A model generated the notes under the pieces. The model searched no databases. It was not told the origin of the DNA and saw nothing but the letters and a program-made list of their open reading frames with translations. Positions 1 to 8,644 of a stretch of 64,000 nt of DNA are shown here, one piece after another (within the stretch, counting starts at the first letter, position 1; every line of letters begins with the position of its first letter). The DNA lies in contig JBEKCX010000001.1 in assembly GCA_050014655.1 (NCBI GenBank), positions 11,684-75,683 of the forward strand, written 5' to 3'. This DNA comes from Terracidiphilus sp. GTDB taxonomy: Bacteria > Acidobacteriota > Terriglobia > Terriglobales > Acidobacteriaceae. Position numbers and translations under genes: made by a program.

Positions 1-1
1 C

Positions 2-2641
2 AAGGCGAAGACGATCGAGAAGTATCTGGGCAGGGACTTCGACGTGCGGGCATCGGTTGGGCACATCATGGACTTGCCCAAGAACGATCTTGGCGTGGAG
101 CTGCAGAAGCGGACGTTTGTGCCGGAGCTGATCGTGTCTCCGGGCAAAGAGAAGATTGTGGAGCACTTGAAAAAGCTGGGGGCGCAGGCCGAGGCGATCT
201 ATCTGGCGCCCGATCCGGACCGCGAAGGCGAGGCGATTGCGTACCACCTGGCGCTGCAGTTGGGAAAGACGGCGAAGGAGCGCAAGAAGATTCGCCGCGT
301 GACCTTCAACGAGATTACGAAGAAGGCCGTGCAAGAGGCCTTCAAGCACCCGCGCGACGTGGATCAGAATCTGGTGGACGCGCAGCAGACGCGGCGCGTG
401 CTGGACCGGCTGGTGGGCTACCAGATTTCGCCGCTGCTGTGGGAGAAGGTGCGGCGGGGGCTGTCGGCGGGCCGCGTGCAGACGGTGGCGGTGCGGCTGA
501 TTGTCGAACGGGAGCGGGAGATTGGCGCGTTCGGTCCGGTGGAGTACTGGACGCTGGACGCGATTCTCCACCCGGAGAGGCAGGCGGACAAGAGCTTCAA
601 GGCGCGTTTTGTGGGCATTGATGGGGAGCCGGCGCGGGTCGCGAACGGCAAGGACAAGGACGGGAAGGATCAGTTCATCGCCAATGCTCTGCCGGACGAA
701 GGATCGATGAAGCAGTTGGTCGCCGCGCTGGAGAAGGCGAAGTGGTCGCTGGTTTCGGTTGAGTCCAGGGAGCAGCAGAGAAGGCCGCCGGCGCCCTTCA
801 TCACCAGCCAACTGCAACGCGATGCGGCGAGCAAGCTGGGCTTCAATGTGCGGCGGACGATGGGAGTGGCGCAGCGGCTCTACGAGGGCGTCGCTATTGG
901 CGCCGAGGGTCCGGTGGGCCTGATTACTTACATGCGCACCGACTCGCCGCGGGTGGCGCCGGAGGCCATTGCCGGGGCGCGAGAGTGGATCGGCAAGCAG
1001 TTGGGGCCACAGTACCTGCCCAAGGAACCGAATTTGTACAAGGGCAGTAAGGCCGCGCAGGACGCGCACGAGGCCATCCGGCCGACCGACGCCGCGCGGA
1101 CGCCGGAGTCGATTGCCCGCTATCTGACCGAAGAACAGCTCAAGCTGTACCGGCTGATCTGGCAGCGCTTTGTGGCCTCGCAGATGACGCCGGCGGTCTT
1201 CGATGTGACCACGGCAAAGATTGCGGCGATCTCTCTGAAGACGGGCAAGACCTACGATTTCCGCGTCAGTGGATCGGTGGTGCGGTTCGACGGGTTCTTG
1301 AAGGTCTACGAGGTTCTGGAGGAGAAGAAGGACGAGGACGACGAAGCGTCCAACAAGCTGCCCGATCTGGAGCGCGTGAAACGGCTGGAGCTGGAAAAGC
1401 TGGCGGACGAGCAGCACTTTACCCAGCCGCCTCCGCGCTACAACGAGGCCTCGCTGGTGAGGGTGCTGGAGGAACGGGGCATCGGGCGGCCTTCGACTTA
1501 CGCCTCGATCATCAATACGATTCAGGACCGCGAGTACGTGACCAAGATCGGCGGGCGCTTCTATCCCACCGAGATCGGGATGGTGGTCTGCGACCTGCTG
1601 GTGAAGAACTTTCCCTATATCTTCGACGTCGCTTACACGGCCAAGCTGGAAGAGGAGCTGGACGAGATCGAGGAGGGCCACGAGAAGTGGACGGACCTGC
1701 TGAAGGGCTTCTACGGCTACTTTGAAGACGAGCTCAAGGATGCCGGCAAGAACATGGAAAACATCAAGCGGATGGAGCGCGCGACCGGGGAGAAGTGCGA
1801 TCTATGCGGGTCGCCGCTCGTGCTGAAGTGGGGCAAATTCGGCACATTCTATGCGTGTTCGGCATACAGCAAGAAGGGTAAGTCCAGCTGCGGGTTTACC
1901 AGGGAGAACACCGCGAGCAAGCCGGACCTTAATACGCAGGAGGCCCAGGAGGCGGGCGAAACGGAAGAGTACTGCGACAACTGCGGGCGCGTGATGGTGC
2001 TGCGGCGCGGGATCTTCGGGCCGTATATGGCCTGCCCTGGGTACAGCGAAGATCCTCCCTGCAAGACCATCCGCAAGCTGAGCCAGAAGCAGCAGCAAAA
2101 GCAGAATACGGCCCAGCCGACGGGCGAGAACTGCCCGCTGTGCTCGAAGCCCCTGGTGTTGCGCCAGGGAGCCTTCGGGGAGTTCGTCTCCTGCTCCGGC
2201 TATCCCAAGTGCAAGTACGTGAAGCAGAACCTGATCGAAGGGATGAAGTGCCCCAAGTGCGGGCAGGGCGACCTGGCCGAACGCAAGGCGCGGCGAGGCA
2301 ATATCTTCTGGGGCTGCACGAACTATCCCAAGTGCGACTTTACGTCCAATTACAAGCCGGTGGCGAAGGTGTGCCCGCTGTGCAAGAGCCCGTATCTCGT
2401 GGAGAAGACGCTGCGGTCGGGCGTCTACCTGGAATGCCCCAATAAGAAGAAGAGCGTCGAGGAGATTCTGCCGAGGAAGCGGGGCGCGAAGGCGGCCAAG
2501 CCGGCGCACGCCGAGATAGCGTGCAGTTATTCGAAGCGGATCGGGGATGCGCCGCCCTTGCCTACGGCCGAGACGCATGGGCCGGTCATGGAGAAGGAGT
2601 CCGCAAAGAAGGGCGGGAAGAAGGCGTTGCAGCCGGCGTAA
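2..2641 (+). CDS. topA: DNA topoisomerase I (5' end truncated by window edge)
   Basis: Frame is open from position 2 (KAKTIEKYLG...ASVGH). Toprim DPDREGE, SAGRVQ, catalytic ITYMRTDS, GIGRPSTY and C-terminal C4 zinc ribbons. Confidence 0.97.
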   Translation, partial: KAKTIEKYLGRDFDVRASVGHIMDLPKNDLGVELQKRTFVPELIVSPGKEKIVEHLKKLGAQAEAIYLAPDPDREGEAIAYHLALQLGKTAKERKKIRRVTFNEITKKAVQEAFKHPRDVDQNLVDAQQTRRVLDRLVGYQISPLLWEKVRRGLSAGRVQTVAVRLIVEREREIGAFGPVEYWTLDAILHPERQADKSFKARFVGIDGEPARVANGKDKDGKDQFIANALPDEGSMKQLVAALEKAKWSLVSVESREQQRRPPAPFITSQLQRDAASKLGFNVRRTMGVAQRLYEGVAIGAEGPVGLITYMRTDSPRVAPEAIAGAREWIGKQLGPQYLPKEPNLYKGSKAAQDAHEAIRPTDAARTPESIARYLTEEQLKLYRLIWQRFVASQMTPAVFDVTTAKIAAISLKTGKTYDFRVSGSVVRFDGFLKVYEVLEEKKDEDDEASNKLPDLERVKRLELEKLADEQHFTQPPPRYNEASLVRVLEERGIGRPSTYASIINTIQDREYVTKIGGRFYPTEIGMVVCDLLVKNFPYIFDVAYTAKLEEELDEIEEGHEKWTDLLKGFYGYFEDELKDAGKNMENIKRMERATGEKCDLCGSPLVLKWGKFGTFYACSAYSKKGKSSCGFTRENTASKPDLNTQEAQEAGETEEYCDNCGRVMVLRRGIFGPYMACPGYSEDPPCKTIRKLSQKQQQKQNTAQPTGENCPLCSKPLVLRQGAFGEFVSCSGYPKCKYVKQNLIEGMKCPKCGQGDLAERKARRGNIFWGCTNYPKCDFTSNYKPVAKVCPLCKSPYLVEKTLRSGVYLECPNKKKSVEEILPRKRGAKAAKPAHAEIACSYSKRIGDAPPLPTAETHGPVMEKESAKKGGKKALQPA

Positions 2642-2699
2642 GGGTGAAGGCCGCGGCTCCAATGCCATCTGATATAAACTCCCGGCAAGGAGCCCTTCG

Positions 2700-4187
2700 A
2701 TGCGCACCGGGCAAGATTCCTACGATTCAGTCGCCTATCCGAGTTTTCCCCATCCATACACGCATCCCGATCGCCTGGCGGCGATGGCCATTCTGCATGG
2801 GCTTTCACCGGCGCCGGTTGAGCAGTGCCGCGTGCTTGAGATTGGATGCAATGACGGCGCGAATATCATTCCTATGGCTTATGCCATGCCGAAGAGCGAG
2901 TTTGCGGGGTTCGATCTGGCTGGTTTGCCCGTTGCGCGCGGGCAGGAGCGGATTGGCGAACTCGGCCTGCGAAACGTGCGCATCTTTCAGGGCAACCTGC
3001 TCGACGTTGGGGCGGAACTCGGCCAGTTCGATTACCTCGTTGCGCACGGGCTTTATTCCTGGGTTCCCGAACCGGTGCGCGAACGGCTGCTGGCGCTCTG
3101 CGAGGAGCTGCTGACGCCGGACGGAGTTGCGTTTGTCAGTTACAACGCGCTGCCGGGCGGTCATCTGCGCAAGATGACTCGCGAGATGATGCTGTTCCAG
3201 GTGAGAGAGATTGAAGACCCGGAGCAGCGGGTCTCCGGCGGGCTTGCGTTCCTTCACTTCCTGGCCGAGGCGAGACCGGAGGGCGATGTATATCGCCTGC
3301 TGATCGAAGAGCAGTTGAACAGAATGGAGAAGCGCATCCCCCGGGTCACCTACCACGATGAACTGGAGGATACTTACCATCCGGTGCACTTCATCGAGTT
3401 TGTGGAGCACGCCCGGAGGCATGGCTTGCAGTACCTGAGCGAAGCAGTGCTGCCGCCGCCAACCGATCCGTGCTACCAGTCCAGCATGCAGCCGGCGATT
3501 GCGAGCGCGGCGGGCGGCGACATTCTGAAAGAAGAGCAGATGCTAGATTTCATGCGCATGCGCGGGTACCGGGAGACGCTGCTTTGCAGAGCGGAGCGCG
3601 TGCTGCGCCGCGATCTTCCTGCCGAAGATTTGCGGCGGCTGTTGCTTGCCTCGCCGGTGAAATCGGCGCCGGGAGAAGCATCCGGGGCGAAAGTCTTCCG
3701 CCTGTCGGATGGGATCACAATGGAATCGAACCACGCGGGCGCGATTGCTCTGCTGGAGGCACTGGAGGCGGCGTGGCCGCGGGCGCTGAGCTTTGACGAG
3801 ATTGAACCGCTGATTGCCGGGAGCGGTTTTGCGCTCGATGGCGACGGAACTACATTGCTGATGCGGCTGGTGGTGGCGAAGATGGTCGATCTGCATGCCT
3901 GGAGAGCGCCAGTCGCTGGGAATGTCACGGCGCGGCCCAGGGCCAGCGCCTGCAGCCGGCAAGAAGCCCGGAGCGGAGCGTATGCGACCACTCTGCTGCA
4001 CAGCAAGGTGGCTCTCGACGATCCCGTGGTGCGGAGCTTTCTCAAGTTGCTCGACGGAACCCGCGACCGGAGGGCGCTTCTCGATGCCATGAAGGCTGAA
4101 TTCCCCACTATGGCCGAAGAAGAGCTTGAAAAGGGGATCGAGCCTGGTCTCGCCTTCTTTCACCGTGCCGGCTTGCTTGAAGCCTGA
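2700..4187 (+). CDS. Class I SAM-dependent methyltransferase with methyltransferase regulatory domain (Rickettsia PKMT-like architecture)
   Basis: YDSVAYPS..THPDRL N-terminus, RVLEIGC SAM motif, FDY..AHGLYSWVP, VAFVSYNALPG; AGGAG RBS upstream. Confidence 0.85.
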   Translation: MRTGQDSYDSVAYPSFPHPYTHPDRLAAMAILHGLSPAPVEQCRVLEIGCNDGANIIPMAYAMPKSEFAGFDLAGLPVARGQERIGELGLRNVRIFQGNLLDVGAELGQFDYLVAHGLYSWVPEPVRERLLALCEELLTPDGVAFVSYNALPGGHLRKMTREMMLFQVREIEDPEQRVSGGLAFLHFLAEARPEGDVYRLLIEEQLNRMEKRIPRVTYHDELEDTYHPVHFIEFVEHARRHGLQYLSEAVLPPPTDPCYQSSMQPAIASAAGGDILKEEQMLDFMRMRGYRETLLCRAERVLRRDLPAEDLRRLLLASPVKSAPGEASGAKVFRLSDGITMESNHAGAIALLEALEAAWPRALSFDEIEPLIAGSGFALDGDGTTLLMRLVVAKMVDLHAWRAPVAGNVTARPRASACSRQEARSGAYATTLLHSKVALDDPVVRSFLKLLDGTRDRRALLDAMKAEFPTMAEEELEKGIEPGLAFFHRAGLLEA

Positions 4188-4296
4188 CGGAGATCCGGGG
4201 ATCGGCCAAGGTTCCGGCCGCCTTTGCGGAATGAATCCGCCGGCAGTTCAACCCATGCGGTCGAATCCGTTACTATGGGGCAGCGGAGACCTGTCG

Positions 4297-4779
4297 ATGG
4301 AACGAATGCTTGCAACGCCCGCGGATGCCGAGATCATTCTCAAGCTTTATGAACTGCGCACTGAAGCGGTGATGCGCCAGGCTCGCGTGTGGATAACGGG
4401 CGAGTTCTGGCCGGCGACGGCCGAGGAGTTCTTTGCCGTGGCCGAGAATCCCGCGGACCCGCACAATGCCTGGCTGCGCCAGGTGCTCACCTATTGGGAG
4501 ATGGCGGCGGCGATGGTGTTGCACGGGGCGGTTTCCGCTGAGCTGTTTGTGGATTGCAATTCCGAGGGGTTCTTTCTGCTGGCCAAGTTCGCGCCCATTC
4601 TGGAGGCGATCCGGGAGAAGAATCCGGGGTTTCTGATCAAGACGGCGGAGATGGTGGGACGGTTTTCAGCCGCGGCCCAGCGCTACGAGGCGGTGCTGAA
4701 GAATGTGGAAGCCAGGCGCAACAGCCTGCCGGCCAAGCAGGAATCGCACGGGCAGTATTCTTATCCCGTGAAGCCCTGA
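4297..4779 (+). CDS. Conserved helical hypothetical protein (DUF4760-like)
   Basis: ADAEIILKLYELRTE..MRQAR and RQVLTYWEMAA pattern; GGAG upstream of ATG 4297 (4306 is an alternative start). Confidence 0.6.
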   Translation: MERMLATPADAEIILKLYELRTEAVMRQARVWITGEFWPATAEEFFAVAENPADPHNAWLRQVLTYWEMAAAMVLHGAVSAELFVDCNSEGFFLLAKFAPILEAIREKNPGFLIKTAEMVGRFSAAAQRYEAVLKNVEARRNSLPAKQESHGQYSYPVKP

Positions 4780-4861
4780 AGGCTGAAGGGTCTTGCCGAA
4801 TTGCGGCCGGTGGAGCATGATGGTAGTCGATCGAGGTTTTCACCCCTCCTGGAGGTTTCTC

Positions 4862-5185
4862 ATGAAACGTGCTCTGGCGCTTCTGACTGCTGGTTTCGCT
4901 CTGACCGCGATGGCGGCCGGCGCGGCTGGCTCAACCAAGATCAATGGCTGGATCTCCGACTCGATGTGCGGCGCCAAGCACGCCGGATCGGGCGCCGACT
5001 GCGTAAAGAAGTGCATCAAGAGCGGCCTGGCCCCGGTGTTTGTGGACGAAGCCAAGAAGGCCGTCTGGACCATCGACAATCCAGAGGCGGTGAAGGACTT
5101 TTATGGCGACCACGTGACGGTGACCGCGACCGCCGATGCGGCCAAGAAGAGCGTCCATATCGAGGCTATTGCTGAGGCGAAGTGA
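4862..5185 (+). CDS. Small exported Cys/His protein
   Basis: GGAGG RBS; signal peptide MKRALALLTAGFALTAMAAG; GWISDSMCGAKH...CVKKC motif. Confidence 0.75.
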   Translation: MKRALALLTAGFALTAMAAGAAGSTKINGWISDSMCGAKHAGSGADCVKKCIKSGLAPVFVDEAKKAVWTIDNPEAVKDFYGDHVTVTATADAAKKSVHIEAIAEAK

Positions 5186-5365
5186 GGCTTAGACGCGAGG
5201 TTGACGCCGGGGGACGGCGGCGCGCCGGCCCATCCGGCTCAAGCGCGTAGGTTTGCATGGAGCTGAACCAGAACGGTCTCTAGCTAGATTCACTATCCTG
5301 CCTGCGCGCACAAGAAATACCGCGCCGATGTCCTCGCGCAGGGGCTGTTCTCCGTCTATCCCCAC

Positions 5366-6712
5366 GTGAACGAGACCATAGCGACGCTCACGGGACCAAT
5401 CATCCAGGGGAAACAGAGGGCCGCGACTCGCTGGCGGCTGCGCATCATCATTCTGGTGGCGCTCGGGCTGCGCCTAGCCGTGATTCCGTTCAACAACTTC
5501 GAGAATCTGATGGATGCCGACCACATCCACGCCTGGGAGCAGGGCAACGTGGCGCGGGCGCTGGTGGCTGGGCAGGGCTTCGGCAGCCCGTTCGATTCCA
5601 CCCGGCCCTCGGCCGTCATGACGCCGGTCTATCCGCTCATTGTGGCGGCGTTCTTCCGTCTCTTCGGCGTCCATACCGCCCAGTCGGTTTTTGCCGTTCA
5701 TGCCTTCGACTGCCTGATCAACGCGCTGGCCTGCATCCCGGTCTTCCTGCTGGCCCGGCGCAGCTTTGGCGAGCGCGCGGCATGGTGGGCAGCCTGGGCG
5801 TGGGCGCTTTCACCTTACGGGATTTACTTTTCGGCGGCGTGGGCCTGGTCCACGCATCTGTTGCTGCTTTGCCTATGCTGGCTGCTCTATCTGGCGCAGA
5901 ATTTGGAAAGCTCGCCGCGGCTTGGGTTATGGGCCGGCTTTGGCCTGCTGGCCGGGTTCGCGGGCCTTACCGAGCCGTCCATTCTGGTGGTGATTCCCTT
6001 CCTGCTGGCGCTGGCGGCCTGGAGGCTGGCTCACGCGGGCAATCGCTGGCTGTTGCCGGGGGCGGTTGCCTCGCTCACTCTTGCGGCTGTGCTCTCGCCC
6101 TGGTTGATTCGCAACGCTCTGGTCTTCCATCGCTTCATTCCCATGCGTGACAGCATGGGCCTGGAGCTGTGGATGGGCAACAACGGCAGCGACCTGCGCT
6201 GGACGAGCGACTACCTGCACCCCCTTCACAACGCCGGGGAGCTAGCCGCATATGACGCCGGCGAACTGGCCTACATGGATCACAAGGCGGAGCAGGCCAA
6301 AGCATATATCAACGACCACCCCGGCTGGTACGCATGGATGTGCGCGCGCCGCGCCGTTTATCTTTGGACCGGCTACTGGAGCTTCGATGCGCGCTATCTG
6401 GCCATGGAGCCAACCGACCTTGAGAATGTGCCGTTTGCCACTTGCCTGACGCTGCTCGGGCTGCTCGGGCTGCTGCTGGCGTGGCGCGAGAGGCCCTCTG
6501 AGGTCATTCGCTACGGCGGAGTGCTGTTTCTGTTTCCCGTTATGTATTACTTCACCCATCCGGAGCCTTACGATATGCGCGCGCTCGATCCGTTGCTGGC
6601 GATCCTCGGCTGCTCCGCGATTCTGGCCTTGCGCGCCCGGACCAGGGTAAGCTCGCCGATTGCATCGGTCTCGCAGGAGAGAGGCGAACTGGCGGGATCG
6701 ATGGAGTATTGA
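5366..6712 (+). CDS. GT-C fold membrane glycosyltransferase (ArnT/PMT, GT39/GT83-like)
   Basis: Many TM helices; PVYPLIVA..FRLFG, GLLAGFAGLTEP, LSPWLIRN, GLELWMGNN motifs. Confidence 0.8.
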   Translation: MNETIATLTGPIIQGKQRAATRWRLRIIILVALGLRLAVIPFNNFENLMDADHIHAWEQGNVARALVAGQGFGSPFDSTRPSAVMTPVYPLIVAAFFRLFGVHTAQSVFAVHAFDCLINALACIPVFLLARRSFGERAAWWAAWAWALSPYGIYFSAAWAWSTHLLLLCLCWLLYLAQNLESSPRLGLWAGFGLLAGFAGLTEPSILVVIPFLLALAAWRLAHAGNRWLLPGAVASLTLAAVLSPWLIRNALVFHRFIPMRDSMGLELWMGNNGSDLRWTSDYLHPLHNAGELAAYDAGELAYMDHKAEQAKAYINDHPGWYAWMCARRAVYLWTGYWSFDARYLAMEPTDLENVPFATCLTLLGLLGLLLAWRERPSEVIRYGGVLFLFPVMYYFTHPEPYDMRALDPLLAILGCSAILALRARTRVSSPIASVSQERGELAGSMEY

Positions 6713-6965
6713 GGAAAGCGGAATTGGGAAGCTGGGCCGAGTCCTGGCCTGGAAGCCGTCGCGGCTAGAGCGGTTCCACAATTCAAGTGCCCTTTCCGGC
6801 ATTGAGCAAAGTGGCGTTTTCTTGAGGAAAATGGCACTTGAGCGCAGTGGTTTCGGGGTGCAGCAATTGTGGAACCGCTGTAACCAGACCGCCGGACTCC
6901 AATGCTTCAAAACCTGCCCTTGCCATTGCCATCAGCGGCGGCGCCGGCTTTCCGCACTCCGGTCT

Positions 6966-8396
6966 TCAATGCTGCATGGCTAGCTCGGTCAGGTCCAGCC
7001 CGCTGCGCGCGCGCGCGTTGTTGCGGTCGCAGGCCAGCACCGCGCGAAACTGCCTGAGCGCGGCGGGATACTTGCCTTGCTGCCGGTTTCTCTCCGCCTG
7101 ATCGAGCATCTTGGGAAGCAGGTTCGCGTCCAGGTCGCAGTTGCCCGCCGGGGCGGCCTTGGGCTGCTTGGCCGGAGATGCCAGGGCAGCGTGGGAAGCG
7201 GTTTTGGCTGGCGCTGGCGCGGGCGCTTGGCCCTTGCGGCTCTTGGGGGCCGGCTTGCCGGGCTTTGCCGGCTTCGGCGCGGTGGCGGCACTTGCGGGAG
7301 GGGCGGGATTGGCGGGCAGGCTCTGGGCAGGTGGGGCAACGATGGGGGCGATAGCGGGCTGGCCGGCGCTGGAGTCCGGGCCGGGCTGCGGAACTCCGGC
7401 AACGGGGCCGGGTGGAGGCGCGGCGGTCGAGGCGGCCGGGGACGCGGACGCCGAAGAAGCCGGGAGCGCCGCAACGGCCGCCGGCTTCGGCATCCAGGTG
7501 TGCTTGTAAGCGACCGCCAACGCTGCGCCAACGATAAACAGTATGGCGGCCGCGGCTGCCAAGCCCCGGAGCCAGCGCGACTTTCCGCGCGGGGGAGCGG
7601 CGAAGGCTTCGAGATCCACGTGAGCCAGCGTCACCGTATCCGGCTCCGCAGCACTCGGTTCTGCCGCACTCGGCACCGCCGCACGCGGCTCTGCTGCAAG
7701 CGGGGTTGCGATCAACCCGCCGTCTGCCGCGGCGGGCTGCGGTTCGGCGGGAGGGACGGCCGTCTGCGGAGGCGGGGCAGGCGCCTCGCCCCCCAATCCA
7801 CTTGGCTGGATCAACCGGGAGAGCGCCTCCTCGTCGGAGGATCGGCTGGGCGCTTCCTTGCCGGCGCGCCAGAGCAGCTCGCACGGAGCGGCGTCCGAGG
7901 CAGTCTGCAAGGGAAGGCCGGGCAGATCGTGCAGAAGTTCAGCGGCCTTTGCGGTCAGCAGGATCTGCCCCGGCGCGGCGTTCTCCAACGGGAGCAGAAC
8001 GGAACTGTCATTCTCCAGGGCAGGCAGATCGGGAGCGGAGTGAACCAGGACAGCGGCAGCCGTTGCGGCGAATCGGTCAGCCTCAGAGAGCCCCTGGAGC
8101 GCCCATTGCAGCCGGCGCGCCGTCAGAACTGCAGGTTGAATGCCGGGAAAGGCAGCCACAAGGAACCTGCCGCGGGGCGCGGACGCGACCCCCTGCTCAG
8201 CCGCGATAAGGTCAAGGGCGAGAAAGACGGCCGGATCGTCACCCGTCCAGGAGAGATCGACGGCCGGGGCGTTCTCAGGGGCTCTCCACAGCCGGATGGA
8301 AAGGGCCGCTCCGCTGGGGGATGGGCTCTCCTTGACCACTGGAGTGGCTTGAGTCGCCGGCTGGCCGGGTGGTCGGGATTGCTCGGAGGAGGCCAT
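6966..8396 (-). CDS. Bitopic membrane protein: degenerate class III nucleotidyl-cyclase-like N-domain, Pro/Ala linkers, one TM, C-terminal TPR-like hairpin
   Basis: FLVAAFPGIQPAVLTARRLQ, VLVHS and LENAAPGQILLTAKAAELL resemble the class III cyclase scaffold; TM GLAAAAAILFIVGAALAVAY; C-terminal LDQAERNRQQGKYPAALRQFRAVLACDRNNARARSGL. Confidence 0.65.
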   Translation of the reverse strand: MASSEQSRPPGQPATQATPVVKESPSPSGAALSIRLWRAPENAPAVDLSWTGDDPAVFLALDLIAAEQGVASAPRGRFLVAAFPGIQPAVLTARRLQWALQGLSEADRFAATAAAVLVHSAPDLPALENDSSVLLPLENAAPGQILLTAKAAELLHDLPGLPLQTASDAAPCELLWRAGKEAPSRSSDEEALSRLIQPSGLGGEAPAPPPQTAVPPAEPQPAAADGGLIATPLAAEPRAAVPSAAEPSAAEPDTVTLAHVDLEAFAAPPRGKSRWLRGLAAAAAILFIVGAALAVAYKHTWMPKPAAVAALPASSASASPAASTAAPPPGPVAGVPQPGPDSSAGQPAIAPIVAPPAQSLPANPAPPASAATAPKPAKPGKPAPKSRKGQAPAPAPAKTASHAALASPAKQPKAAPAGNCDLDANLLPKMLDQAERNRQQGKYPAALRQFRAVLACDRNNARARSGLDLTELAMQH

Positions 8397-8644
8397 TTTT
8401 TCTGCTGACGCAACTGTACAGACTCCGGCTTGCCGGTGCGCAAAAGAATTGCACCTCTACGGAGGAGAATGGTAGTTTAACAGACGTGGCGAACCGGGGT
8501 GAAATGGATTCGCGGTGTGCCGGCGCGGTCCCCCCAACGCGCAGTTCTCCGGTTGCATTTCGCCCAGAGGCATTCCGTATTGTGAAGTGAATAAGACGGC
8601 AGGCGGGATCATCCTGCCGGGTTGGATCGAATTCTGGGGATTTC

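Noticed and set aside
8400-8644. tRNA or sigma54 promoter in the divergent intergenic region
   Set aside because: No cloverleaf or TTCGA arm, and no correctly spaced GG-N10-GC element seen here or upstream of tssK.
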